Positions 40,681 through 54,202 are shown, numbered from the stretch's first letter. The stretch is 64,000 nucleotides of DNA from the human T2T-CHM13v2.0 reference genome, Homo sapiens (GCF_009914755.1 NC_060929.1); one strand, 5' to 3'. Translations and numbers: made by a program. The notes: generated from the sequence alone by a model not told the origin.

Positions 40681-41492
40681 TTTTATCAGTCATCCCTAGG
40701 TTATCTTCAGAGAAGACCGTCAGTTAAGGCTTGTTGATTTCAAGCAACAGAACCTGTGTGAAACACCCACAGAATTAAGGAAAAGCTAAGAACCAAGCTT
40801 AACAAGAATGGAAATGAAACCATGATCTAGGTGCCTGGAACATTAGGACACTGCCATGTGGGAGCATCATCTCCTATTGTTTTCTGTCTTTACATGGTAC
40901 TCATCAAAATTCAAATTTCAGAAAGAATGACTGATTAATCAAGCTTTGGCAGAATTGGATGCACACCTTGATTGACAATCCTATCAAGACAGTATCAGAT
41001 GGGAGTGGATGGGTTAAGCCAAATCACCAACTCATGGTAGAGAATGTTGCCAGGTGCAGAGCCACACGAAGTGAGCAGGTATCCCAGTAAAGAGTATTTG
41101 ACATCTGCATTTTTGAAAAGAAGTTGAGGATTTATTTTCCTTGATGAGCAGCAAGCCGTGAAAATGGCCTGACTTAGTTGGCATCTTGCTCACATCCCAG
41201 AGCTGCGTTGGCAAGAAGCCTTTTTAACGATCTTTTTTTGCGTAGCACTGAACTATGCAGGACAAGAGTTCCCTCAAATCAATACTCAAGCACATTTAAT
41301 ATCCCACTACCTGACAAACAGAATAACTTATGAAAAAGTTGTAAAATGAGTGTTTCCAACTTGGTACAGCTTTAAAGAATTAAGCAGTAGTTTTTCTTTG
41401 TGTCTTCTTTTATTTCAGTAGTTTGTGAGTTATTTTGCAAGGAAGCAGCTCTTGGTAATTGTATTGTTTTGTGGTTAATATTTATTAACCAT

Positions 41493-42070
41493 TGTAGTGG
41501 AAATTTGTCATTCTTTTTAACTGCTCAGCATCTGAACCTTGTTCCCTGGTTTGGAAAACTCCTCACTCTATGATTTAGGATGTCATAGCCTTTCTTCCAT
41601 TACAGAAGCTGAAAATGTTGGCTACTTCCTTTCCCCAAATTTTTAGAATGGGGGGCCATCTGACCTACAGTCTGCCCATTGGTTGTACATACCCCAGATG
41701 TGAACTGTGGACTAATGACATGACGAAGTTGGGACATGGAGGAACTGCTGTGGCCAGTGCCTGGAGTAAGTAAGTTCCTGCAGTAAGATGGATTCCCAGA
41801 GCTATCGTCAGCACCCAGTGTTCACAGATAGACAACTGTTGATGCAAGCTGTTGTGTCCAATGCTTGGGGATGGTGGCAGCAGTGATGTCCTCAGCACAT
41901 CATTTTGTGACTAGTTTTGGGGCAGTATACTTGACCCTAAGTCCCTAGTGATTTTTGAATCCTCCTGGTTCCTTTGTGAGTCAACTGATACCCTTTGAAC
42001 AAATTATTTTTCTGCTTAGATCAGCAAGAATTGGTTTCTGTTGCTTGCAATTAAGACTCTTGGCTGAAAT
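41493..42070 (+). mobile_element. LTR33-like ERVL solo LTR
   Basis: TGTAGTGGAAATTTGTC..CTGCTCAGCATCTGAACC ... TTTTCTGCTTAGATCAGCAAGAATTGGTTTCTGTTGCTTGCAA. Confidence 0.7.
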
Positions 42071-42119
42071 AAGTTATTTTTGTATATCTTATTTAATCTT
42101 TACCATATCCTAGTGACTT

Positions 42120-42500
42120 TTGTTTATTCATTTATTCATTAATTAGTGTGTTACTGAATTCATTTATTCAAAACGTATTTGTTGAAGGTCCATCTTCTTT
42201 TTGGTTTCTTTCCCCTGGCTGGGCTATTGTGGTTGACAAGATAGGAGAGGTCACTGCCCTCATGGAACTTCATTGTTGTGGGGGGAGATTGATGCTACAA
42301 AATTATATAAATGAGATAATATCAGCCAGCAATAAATGAGATTGAAGTAATGTAAAAGAATAATGAGATAGAAAGTGAAGGGGACAGACTCAGGGAAAGC
42401 TATCTAAGGAGTCATATCTGATTTGAACCTTAAGAAACAGCCAGTTAATTAAGGAGTAAGGTGAGGAGCATGCAGGCAAGGGAATAGCTAGTGCAAACTA
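42120..42500 (-). mobile_element. L2 3' region
   Basis: ATTCATTTATTCA tail, CACTGCCCTCATGGAACTT, CAGGGAAAGC. Confidence 0.65.
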
Positions 42501-42554
42501 GCTTAGCATGAGGACAAGAGGGAACGCTCATGTGTCTAATCACTTGCCTAAGGT

Positions 42555-44180
42555 TGTTACAGGAGCCTTGGGGTGTTGCTTTTCCAGCTGGAAACCTCTG
42601 TGGCCAGTGGTGCTTTTGCATGAGTTTTGCTCGGGCCCACTGGGACCACTCAGCCTGGCAGGCTGCACTTGGCTCACGCTACCAGCATGGATCCATCGCC
42701 TGCCAAGGGTGAGCGGAGTTGTCAGGGGTGTGTGAGCGAGCAAGTGTGGGGTCCAGCCACTGCACACAGTCAGGCACACCAGCTGCAGCAGGGCAGATAG
42801 CTCCAGGCACCAGCACAGGTGCTGGCTCCCTGTGAGGCTGCAGCTGGAACAGGTGTACTACAAGCAGCTTCCATGGCTGACACCAGGGAATGCTGTGGCG
42901 CCTGGAAGCTTGGAGATGCCAGGAATCACAGAGGCCCAAAGAGGGTATTACAGTCCTGGCTCAGGGAGCTCCTAGGTCTGGGCTCCCCGAAGGACTGCAG
43001 CTCTTCTTTCCTTCTCTCTTCTCGGCATCTGCAATGTGGCGAGAAAGGGGTGCGTTTCAGCCCTGTATGTGTTACAGCCCTTTTAGCCCTGCCATTCGAC
43101 GGGTCCCGAGTTCTTGTTCTGCACCCAGGAAGAATGAGGTATGTGGACAAGTGGAGGGTGAGCAAGGCGGAGAGGAGATTTATTGAGTGATAGAACAGCT
43201 CAGGGGCGACCCTGGGATGGATAGCTCCTCTTTGCAGCCAGAATGTCCCAGTGAGTGTTCAGCTCGCAGCAGAGAGCAGACGCTGGGGTGGGTAGCTCCT
43301 CTCCATAGCTGGTCGTCCCATCATCCTTTTAGCTCTCAGCAGAGAGGAGACCCTGGAGTGTGTGGTTCCTCTCTGCTGGTCTTCAGGTTGAGTGCTCAAG
43401 TCTGGCTAGGTCTGGAATTTTCATTTTTATAGGCTTCAGAGGAAAGGAGGTACATGGTGATTGGTCCATGGGCGGCCATGGGCAGGCCCAGAAAAAGCAC
43501 CACAAGTTCCCACTCTGGTCCACGGAACTGGCAGTCCAGCCCCCAGGTTTTAGGCCCTGTCCAGCTTGAAGGTGGGGCTTCACTAGGGACGCGCCCCCTT
43601 TTACCCAGGAGCCTGTCTGCCTCTTACCACTGTTCCGTACAGCCCAGGCTGTTCATGCCCAGGGGCACCTGCAGGCCAGCTCTGAGCTGCCCCCACTCAC
43701 TCAGTCTCCCTCCCATGCTCCTTGGTGGCTAAATTCCGGAGGGGGCTGAGGCGGCAGGAGGCTGCCATGTCAGCACGGCCCCGGGTGTGCGCACACCTGG
43801 CCAGGCTGCAACAGCACCCAGGAGCCCCGCCCTCACTCTGAGATTAGAGCGAGTGCCAGGGAGTGGGGGGAGAGACCAGACAGGGGTAGCAGACACGTCC
43901 AAGCCTGCGGGGCCAGGGAAAGCCTTCCCAGGACCGCAAGTCTGCAGAGATACCCAGGTCTGCAGCCATGACTTGGGTGCCTGCTCCCAGCCCCAAAGAG
44001 CACAGAGAGGCCCGGGTCTGCAGGCATGACTTGGGTGGCTGCAGCTGTGCTTGGGAGGGTGGGGAACCTGCCTGTTCCCGGCTCCCACTGGCTCCATAGA
44101 GCATGCAGCCAAGCCATGCCTCCCCCACTGCAGCCAGCATCTTGGCAGCAGCTGCTCCAGGCAGGCCGCTGCTTCCATCA
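42555..44180 (-). mobile_element. MER52A-like ERV1 solo LTR (about 1.6 kb, GC-rich) inserted in a MIR
   Basis: minus strand TGATGGAAGCAGCGGCC...CTCCTGTAACA; perfect 4-bp TSD AGGT (42551-42554, 44181-44184); flanks rejoin to MIR CACTTGCCTAAGGTCACA. Confidence 0.9.
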
Positions 44181-44439
44181 AGGTCACATATTGAAGCGGT
44201 GCTGGAGCCAAGGTTTGATTCCAGGTAACCTCCTCCTAAAGCCTACTTTCTCAAAAACTATAATTTGGGAAATAAAGGAACAGAACTGAAGAAGCCAGAA
44301 TGTTAAACTTATTTACACTAAAAAGGGCAGAAGAAATGCCTGCATCCATAAAAGAAGTGGAGGGAGAAAGGAAGAGAAAAGGCCAGAAAGGAATGAGTGT
44401 TTTGCAGAAAGATCTTCGGGGAGTCCAGAGTACTTGAGA

Positions 44440-44760
44440 TAATATTTGGGATAGCTGTTGTGCTGGGATGAACAAACTTGGGGAATTTGGATATTCAGAG
44501 CACTGTGGTCAAGACAGTAGACAAGAAAAATGCAGTTTCTGACCCCAAAGAGCTTATAATTAAGTGGGGGAAGATGGGCATTAAGTTGAGAAGCAACAAA
44601 CCTATGTCTGACTGCAAATGTGACGTGGACACTGTGCAATGTGTTATTGGACTGCATTGTAAATAGATCCAATCCTGCCTCATTGGGGTGTTCAGGGGAG
44701 GATTCCCTGAGGAAGTAGCATTTCACTGCTGAGAATATACAAAACAGATGAGAAGAGTGA
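44440..44760 (-). mobile_element. L2 fragment
   Basis: TTTCTGACCCCAAAGAGCTTATAAT..TCAGGGGAGGATTCCCTGAGGAAG. Confidence 0.5.
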
Positions 44761-45554
44761 AAGCTGAGGTTCACAAGTTTGATGATTTACCTGTGGCCTG
44801 TAGCTTGCCAATGACCTAGTCAGGATTTGAACCCGGCTTTGAAAGCTGACCTCCAGGTCCTGTGCTCTTTCTTTGAACCACAGTGATGGGAACTGTCTCT
44901 GGTCACATACAGACATGAACGCAAACATGCACATACCTGCACATACAGACACTCAAAAAGCTGTTGTTTGTTGCCTTGTTGGCCCAGGGGGTGCTTTCTA
45001 CAGAGGAAGCAGTGATTGCTAATGACATTCTTGGTGCCTGTGATACTTAGATCACTTTATCAATCAAACGCAGCATTTGATGGCAGCCCTGCCACCTGTC
45101 TCTTTCCATCAGTGTCAGAGAGTACTTCACTGCAGGCCACAGGTGCCAGCTGTCAGCCTGAAACAAACTGGGGTCTGCCCCAGGATAAGAATGCTTAGGG
45201 AATCACTTGAGATTGAATTTTTCATCTGACAGCCCCTTCTGAGTTTGGGACTCAAAAAGGAAAAATAAACAAATTATAGATGAGTAAACAAACATGTGGC
45301 TGTTTATGAGGTGTCAGGCTGGCTGTTACTGGCGTTTCATTAATCACCCTGTCCTTTTCTTCTTTTCCATTGGCCTGGGTATCATGTACAGTGTATTGAA
45401 ATATAGATGAAGTTAATAGGAATGTTCTTAATTGGGCTGTTTATCAAAGTGCTAATACTATGGCAATGGTTTTTCCCATAAGCTAGTAGCTGTTCCCCAC
45501 TGTGAATGTTCTGACTTGAGAGTTTGAGAAGGAAGAGAAAGGATAAGGAAACTG

Positions 45555-45780
45555 AGCTAATAGTTTTTCATCCCCTGTGGCACCAGACAGTGTATTAAGT
45601 CCTTTACATGTCTATGCACCATGTCATTTAATCCTACCAGTATACCTGCGAAGTAGACATTATTAACCCCATTTCACAGATAAGACAACTGTTAAACTGA
45701 GAGTTTAAGTAATTTGTCCATGAAACCAACTAATTAATAGGAGTCAAAGTTGGGATTTAAACATCAAATCCTGTATTTTC
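45555..45780 (-). mobile_element. MIR
   Basis: TCATTTAATCCTAC..ATTATTAACCCCATTTCACAGATAAGACAACTG..TTAAGTAATTTGTCC. Confidence 0.7.
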
Positions 45781-45872
45781 TTTCCTTTATCATCCTTGTC
45801 ATCAGCATTACCATTATCACCTATGTGAAGCTGCACTAATAGCCAACCATTGTCAACATGCTGTAGCATATA

Positions 45873-46210
45873 AGAGACAATAGCAGAGAGTCAATTGGCA
45901 GTTACCAGGGACTGGAGGGTTTGGTGACATGTTGGTCAAAAGATAAAGAATTCCAGTTAGGAGGAAAATGTTCAAGAGATTTATGCATCTATAAGCATGG
46001 CAACTATAATAAATAACAATGGATTGTATTCTTGAAAATTGCTAAGAGAATAGGTTTTAAGTGTTCTCAAAACAAACAAATGATAAGTATGTGAGGTAAT
46101 GACTATGTTAATCAGCTCCATGGTGCCATTCCACTATGTGTACATATTTCAAAATATCATGTTGTACACACTAAATATATATAATTTTTATTTCTCAACT
46201 AAAAATTAAT
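45873..46210 (+). mobile_element. L1MA-type 3' end
   Basis: TTGGTCAAAAGAT..CTTGAAAATTGCTAAGAGA..TGATAAGTATGTGAGGTAATG..CATGTTGTACAC. Confidence 0.85.
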
Positions 46211-46213
46211 TTA

Positions 46214-46549
<336 letters not shown>

Positions 46550-46694
46550 TCAAAAAGAATTAAAAAACAATTTAAATTTCTATCATGGGCCTTGACACTT
46601 GGCTAAAAAGGACTAAAATGCATGCTGTATACTAATCTATCTGAAGAGACTCTTATTACATTTATCTCCAAGTCTGCTCATATCCAAATGTCTC

Positions 46695-46992
46695 TTTTTT
46701 TTTTTTTTTGACGGAGTCTCGCTCTGTCACCCAGGCTGGAGTGCAATGGTAAGATCTCAGCTCAATGCAACCTCCTCCTCCTGGGTTCAAGAGATTGTCC
46801 CACCTCAGCCTCCTAAGTAGCTGGGATTACAGGCACCCATCATCATGCCCGGCTAATTTTTGTATTTTTGTAGAGATGAGGTTTCACCATGTTGGTCAGG
46901 CTGGTCTTGAACTCCTGACCTGACCTCAGGTGATCCACCTGCCTCAGCTTTTCATGTGTTGGGATTATAGGCGTGAGCCATCACACCTAGCC
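46695..46992 (-). mobile_element. AluS
   Basis: antisense dimer; TSD AAATGTCTC (46686-46694, 46994-47002). Confidence 0.95.
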
Positions 46993-47286
46993 AAAATGTC
47001 TCATCTTAAGTTCTCTAGATTCCCCAAAAATCTTTCTTCAAAGCTCATTATTATCAGGGCTTTTCCTTTCTTTTCTCACTCCTCTTAATGTACAGATCGA
47101 GGTTTTTCTCCCTCAAGTATCCTATGGCTTCTTTTAGCGTAAACCAGTGTAACCTTTATGCTTTTCCAGCTCTGTTTCTTTACCTTCTAAATTATGGTTG
47201 TTTGGATAGCAGACCTTTAGTAACAGATTTCCTGGATTCAAACTTTGGCTCCAACATATTCTAGATGTGTGAGCCTGGGCAAGTTA

Positions 47287-47745
<459 letters not shown>

Positions 47746-47790
47746 CTAGTGTTATTATAATTGTTATTATCCTGATCATTTCATGAGGAG

Positions 47791-48190
47791 TGTCTTAGTC
47801 TATTTTGTGTTGTTATAGCTGAATACCAGAGACTGGTAATGTATGAAGAAGAGACATTTTTTTTTTGGCTCGCAATTCTGGAGGCTGAGAAGTCCAAGAT
47901 TAAGAAACTGCAGCTGATGAAGGCCTTTGGGTGGCATCATCCCATGTCAGAAGGCAGAAGGGCAAAAGAGTACCAGAAAGCAGGAGAACAAGAGAGAGCC
48001 GAACTGACTTTTATAACAAACCCACTCTCGAGATAACTAACATACTCCCGTGATAATGACGTTAATCAATTCATAAGGGCACAGCCCTCATAACCTAACC
48101 ACATCTTATTATGCCTGATCTCCCACACTGTTATATTGGAGATTAAGTTTCCAATGCATGAACTTTTGAAGATACATTTAAACTATAGCA
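47791..48190 (-). mobile_element. MSTD-like MaLR solo LTR
   Basis: TGTCTTAGTCTATTTTGTG...AAACTATAGCA; perfect TSD AGGAG. Confidence 0.85.
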
Positions 48191-48292
48191 AGGAGCCACA
48201 TACAGGAACCCAGTAAGTAGGCACATTTTCCTTGCAAGGTAAAGGGACAGGAAACTATGGATAGTAATTTTGTGGGAACTTCTGTCACAGTT

Positions 48293-48500
48293 ATAATTAT
48301 ATTGCTATTAACAATCACTGATATTATTTAAATAATTATATTGCTATTAATAATATTGATATTAAATAATTATATTGCTATTAATAACCATTGATATTAT
48401 TATTTAAATAATTATATTGCTGTTAATAATCAATATTATTTAAATAACTATAATTACATTGCCATTCATAATTATTGATAATTAAAAATTTAATTACATT
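48293..48500. repeat. AT-rich minisatellite, about 35-42 bp unit, about 5 degenerate copies
   Basis: ATAATTATATTGCT(A/G)TTAA core repeated. Confidence 0.85.
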
Positions 48501-48523
48501 ACTATAGTACTAAGGTTTTTCTG

Positions 48524-48599
48524 AATGCCTCTATGTTCAATACCTCTATGCTCAATGTCTCATACATTCAATGCCTCTATGTTCAAAGTCTCATACATT
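48524..48599. repeat. 15/16-bp tandem array A-A'-B-A-B'
   Basis: A=AATGCCTCTATGTTC, B=AATGTCTCATACATTC. Confidence 0.85.
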
Positions 48600-49004
48600 A
48601 CTTATCATTACCTATATTATCTCATTTAATCCTTATAATAATTAATTGATGAAAAAAGTCAAGCTATACTATAGGAGGTGAAGTAGCTTTTCTTTAAGAC
48701 AATGTTTCACAATCTATTTCATATTGTAGCATACTCAGAAAATGAAAATGTATTTGTTGTACACTGGGATAAAATGTAGCAGAAGTAAAAGGCCTCCTAG
48801 TGCAGAGAAGGTCACCCATTATTAGCACAATGGCAAAAAATGCTCAGATCTAATGGAGAGTTAGGGGAGGATACTCAAGTCTGTCTGATGTCAAAGTCCA
48901 TGTTCCTGGTGGGTAACTCCTATTGGAGCAGCCTTCCCACAGATAGCAATGACAAATTCTGCATAATATATTATATATGTAATATAGTATTACACATATA
49001 CATG

Positions 49005-49186
49005 AACAGACATGAACTATGTGAAGATAATGGAGACTGGACAAAAGCAAACAAATTGGAGGAGAGTCAATACTTGAAAGAGGGGTATGGCAGTGGATAA
49101 GTTTTGTTTTTATAGCATTTATCTATCATCTATGTATCTATGTATGTACGCATGTATGTATGTATGTATGTATGTATGTATGTATG

Positions 49187-49237
<51 letters not shown>

Positions 49238-49790
49238 TGTCTGCCTACCTACCTAATCAATCACGTGGGCTAAAACCCTCAATCTTTCTGGCATGAGGAA
49301 TTTGAAAACAGAATTTGGGGCAACTTGAGAAGTTGAAAAGTAGGAGAGAGAGAATTCTAGAAAGGACAGCACAGTAGTGGAAGCCCCAATTCTTCATATA
49401 AACTCTTGTCAAATCTCTGGTTGACCCCTAAACTATGCAAGTATGAAGGCTAAAATAATTGAACAGAGATTTCAGTGGCTGCCCAATGCAATGGAGGCAG
49501 AATTTGGAGTTTCAATAAAGTCAAGTGTTGGCTAAAATAAACAAATAACAATGACAGAAACAGATTTCAGAGGAACAGAACACAGATAGAAACTATGATG
49601 TACAATATGCAGGATACCTATCAAAATTCCTAGACACAGACATATGAACAAATAGGAAAATGTGAAGATACTTAAGGCAATAAACCAAGGCAACCCCAAG
49701 ATAATCCAAATGTTAGAATTAGCAGCAAGGATTTTAAAACAGGTGTTATAATTATGTTCAACCATGTAGAGTACAATGTGTTCATAATGA
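49005..49790 (+). mobile_element. old L1M(E) 5'-region fragment
   Basis: CAAATCTCTGGTTGACCCCTAAACTATGCA..CCAAATGTTAGAATTAGCAGCAAGGATTTTAAA. Confidence 0.55.
49120..49255. repeat. compound tetranucleotide STR with (TATG)8(TATC)12 core
   Basis: TATG 49155-49186, TATC 49187-49234, degenerate flanks. Confidence 0.95.
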
Positions 49791-50739
49791 GTCATCATAG
49801 TCTATGTTCTTCATGAACATTCCATAATGCCTCCTAGACTTTTGTTAGTGTGTTTTCCACATAACAGATTTAAAAAGTGAAGGACAGAAAAGTGTCTTGC
49901 CTAAATTATTTGTACAGCTATGATAGAGTTGAGGACAAAGTCCAGGTAATCTTATTCCCTAAGTAGATTTTCCATAGAGGTTAGGAGCTCAGATGCCATA
50001 GTATATCTGTCTTGGTTTGAATCACTTACTAGCTATATTAATATATTTAATTAATCTAAGCCACCTTTTCCTTAAATAAATTACTATGAGAACTACACAT
50101 GCTATTGCATATAAAATGCTTGACAAAAGTGTTTGACACATAGTCCCCAATAACATTTTTGTTACAATCACTGTTGTCATCATCATTATCATGCCATCCT
50201 ATATTCATATGTGGAATTCTGCTTTATTGGTGAAATTTAATTACTACATTAATTAGTGAAAAGGGAAGAATCTACCCTGGGAGTCTGTTTCTTCATGTAT
50301 TTATTTAAAATTTAGTAAGCACCTACTTCGTACAAGAAACTGTGCTTGATCTAGGAGAGACATAGGCATATATAAGACATGATGGTTGTTATCAATGGAC
50401 TGTAATAACTAATTTTAAAAATTAAATAATTTGCATAGAAGGGAAACCAATAAACTCCAGAACTATATTTTTCTGATTTTTCATAGTTGGTATAGATGAG
50501 ATGATTAAAGTTTCACAGGTGTAATAATCCCCTTAATGTCAGTAACAAATAGTCATCCAGTTCCTCTTTGGGGGTTGCTCAACCCTACAGGAAGTGGAAG
50601 CAAATTATAGAGCCACTCCTCTGAAAACATGTACACACCAACACAATTTTGAACTCAAATGTAGGGATTTACTGACTCTCAAACTCTATTTACAGACTCT
50701 CCATTGCAGACACCTCTACTTTTAATAATGCAAAACTGG

Positions 50740-51060
50740 CTCCTTCAAAGTTACCCACTTTACTGTAAAGCAGCCCCTTTATTGTCGAATAGCTCAAAGG
50801 TGAGAAAAAACTTCCTCAGAGCTGAAATTTGCATCTTTGAACCTTCCACCTGTTCAGTGGTCCTCCTTCTGTCCTGCAGAGGGCAGCCTGCACCATTCTG
50901 CATGACCACAGCCCTGCAAGTATTTGAAGATAGTTTGTTCTGCCTTGGCTGTCTCTGGGCTGAATGTCTCCATTTCTTTCTGTGGTTATTCATTTCTCAT
51001 GGGATGCAGACCATTTATCAGCCTGATTGCCTTCCTCTAATTGTGCACTAGCTCTGTGAG
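50740..51060 (-). mobile_element. L3/CR1 LINE fragment
   Basis: GAGCTGAAATTTGC..CTTCCACC..CAGCCCTGCAAGTATTTGAAGATAG. Confidence 0.55.
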
Positions 51061-51477
51061 TTGTTTCCTTTAGTCACACAGTAATATATACTTACTGTAA
51101 ATTAAGATCAAACCAAAACCCAAACAAAGGAAAAATTATAGGGTTTTGTATGGGGGGATAAAAGTAAATGTGTATATATGTATTACTTAGGCAAATCACA
51201 TTCTTATGAACGATGATTGTTAAAGGTTTGCAGATGCCATTCCAGACAATGACTAGGCATGTGCTGTGCATTTATCTGTATACACACGTGTTTTTTTCCT
51301 ACTCAAATTGCACTGTTCTCTAGCTTTTAAAAGCTTAATCTATGATAGACATTGTTTTACCTTAAGCTATAGATTACCTCGTTGGGTCACATGGCATCAA
51401 AAGTATAGAGTTGAGAACAGAACACAACATTTTAATTATTTAACTTAGAATCAGCGCTGTTGTTACAGTCATAATAG

Positions 51478-51640
51478 TTTTATTTGTTCAACAAATATGT
51501 ATTGAAGACATACTGTGTTAAGTGCTGCGATAAGAACATACACTGTGAAGATATGAACCTTACCCTCAAGAAACTCATTATCTAGTGGCAAAGACAGATA
51601 ATCTGACAAAAAATGTGGTAAGTTTATGATTGCACTGAAT
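51478..51640 (-). mobile_element. L2 3' end
   Basis: TTTGTTCAACAAATATGTATTGA..CCTTACCCTCAAGAAACTCA..TCTAGTGG. Confidence 0.6.
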
Positions 51641-52200
51641 TTGTTTCCAACTTCGGGTCATATTTTCTTCTCCTTGTCTTTGTAAACTAACCTTTAGCAT
51701 ATCTTTTTGAAGTTAGGCTAATCTTTAAATACATGATCTTTTGTCTTCCCAAATACATGCCTTTGAAGATGTAAGAGCCATGCAAAAAAAAATAATAATA
51801 ATAAGGGAGTGTAAATCTCACCATATAGATGGTGGCCCAAGTGAACAAACACATACCGAGAGTTTTTCTAGATACCAGTGGTTTTATTTGTTTCTGATTT
51901 TAGGTACCAAAAATAAACCACATCAACAAATAGATAGAAGTTAAGTTTACAGATAAATTTCCACTTGTTTTCAAGAAGAATTAATATCAGTTAGAACTGT
52001 CTACAAATGAAAATTTTGAGAACCAATGAGGTCTGTGTTATTGGATACATTCAAGCAGAGTTTGTAAAACCATGTTAATACTGCCAAATGAACTAACTGG
52101 CTTGGAGTAGACATTCAGTAAATATTTGTAGAAGGGATGGAAGGAGAGAAGGGAGAAGACAAAGGACAAGAGGCAATAGGGAAGGGAGAGAGAACTTTTA

Positions 52201-53085
52201 GTCATTCATTCAAAAATATTTATTGAACATCAACTCTGTGCCTGGCTCTGTGTTAGTTACTGGGAAAACAGTGGTAAGAACAATAGAGATGATCCCTTCC
52301 ACTCATAGGATTTACAGTGTAATGGGGAAGACAAAGACCAAGTAAAAACATCACACCAACATGCAACTACAAATGATGGTAGGTTCTGGAAGGCAAAAGC
52401 CTGAGGAGCTGTGAAAGCATTTGCAGAGGACGGAACTAGCCTGAGGCTTCAGGGAAGACTTCTCTCATGATTTAAGTCTTCTGCTGAGCCAGCAAGTGGA
52501 GTGTCCAAGCATAAGTGCAGATTGTGTGTCCGGAGGGTGGTGCCAGGGACCCTCAAGGAATACGAGAAAGACCAGTGTTCCTGAAGCCCAGAAGAGGAGG
52601 TGGATGGCGAGATAAGATGGGGCTGGAGAAGCGGCCAGGGACCAGCTCAGGTAGAGCCTTGAAGACCACAGTGAGGAAGTTTTCACCCTGAGGATTTAAA
52701 GGCAGGAGCGACTTGTTGTGATTTGCTTTTTAAAATATCACTGTGGCTGCTTTGTAGAGAGTCACCTGGAAGGGTGGATGTGAGGGAACCAGTTCAAGTG
52801 GGACAGTACAGTTCAGATGTGACAGGGTGGGAGCATGAAGGGAGGTGGATGGATCGGAGAGATATACGAGGTAAAATGGGCAGAGCATTGTGATGAAACA
52901 TGGATAGGAAACTGAGGGTACATGCAGTTGGAAGGTGTCAAGCGTGACTCTTACAAATATTCACATTCCACTGGGTGGCTGGTGGTGGTCACTGGGGTAA
53001 GAAATGCTGGATTGCAAACAGCGGGTCTGTGGAAGAGAACTCATGATTCCTCTTAGAAGCATGTTGATTTTTAGACACTTTGAGT
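52201..53085 (-). mobile_element. L2 3' region (about 0.9 kb)
   Basis: TCATTCATTCAAAAATATTTATTGA..TTCAGGGAAGACTTC..ATCACTGTGGCTGC..GTGTCAAGCGTGACTC. Confidence 0.75.
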
Positions 53086-53300
53086 CATAGGCAATGTGTT
53101 AGGTGTTGTGCATATTTTATTTCATTTAATTATCATAACCACCTTGCAAGTTAGATAACATTTTTCTCATATTATAGTTGAGGATATTGAGGTACATAGA
53201 AATGAAATTAATGGCCCAAAGTAATATAGCTAGTTAGGGCAGAGACTGAATTTGAAACCAGATCTAGCTGATTTCCCAAGTCTTTTCTGTTTGTACTATA
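53086..53300 (-). mobile_element. MIR
   Basis: TTTCATTTAATTATCATAACCACC..GAGG..CCCAAAGT..TTTGAAACCAGATC. Confidence 0.65.
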
Positions 53301-54164
53301 TTTTTCTTGATGAGAGTTTAATTAAATGTTTGCCAAGTGGTTATATGGTTGATAAATGTGAAGACCATTTTCCAAATGGTATTTTGAATCATTAAAAAAA
53401 AATTAATGCAAATAGGGTTGTGCTGTCCCCAATCTCCTTCTCAATCTTCCTAGAGATTTAAATAGTCAGAGATTGATACTCCCATCTTAATCAAAGTAAG
53501 TTTTCATGCCAAAAACAACACAGTTTCAGTAGTTCAAAAGTTACTGTTTATGTAACTATAATAAAATAATCTTGTGAAATTCCTCAGCCACTAAACTAGT
53601 TATAGCATATCTCCAAAATGTGTGGCTGACCAAACCAGCTGGATCACTGAGACAGAACTGTATATGATTTTCCTCCTTTGGCCAGTAGCTCTGGGAAACC
53701 GAATGTAGCCATCACATAGGGTGATGGCACATTATAACAATGATGAGGTTGTATGGACTCTGAGAATATTGAACATTTTAAGGGCAGTCCAGCAAAGCCC
53801 CTTATTTTTATGGACAAGGGTCATAGAACCTGGCAGGAAAGATCACAAGAGCAGCATAGGAATGGTAATAGATTTGGGCCAGGAACCCAGGTTTCCAGTC
53901 TGTGACTCTTCCTATTCTGCCAGCAAACTTCTGTCATTCACAGATAGAGAGATGGGGAGGGAGATATGTGGAAGCATGGATGGACATTCAAGGAAAGATA
54001 GATGGGCAAATGTCTTCCCTTTAGCTACTATGGCATTGATGCTTTATTTGTATTTTTTTCACTTAATTCTTGCAACAGTCTAGTGATATAGTTATTATTA
54101 GCCCCGCTTAGCAGATAAGGAAATTGACGCTCACATTGTTAGCTTGGTATTATCATAAATACTC

Positions 54165-54165
<1 letters not shown>

Positions 54166-54202
<37 letters not shown>
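54166..54202. repeat. (TG)18 microsatellite
   Basis: read directly. Confidence 0.95.

Noticed and set aside
42508-44289. Dense overlapping ORFs up to 160 aa on both strands
   Set aside because: Explained by the GC-rich MER52A-like LTR having few stop codons. No gag, pol or env motifs.
48293-48599. CRISPR-like repeat array
   Set aside because: Degenerate head-to-tail units without unique spacers, no cas genes, and a eukaryotic context.
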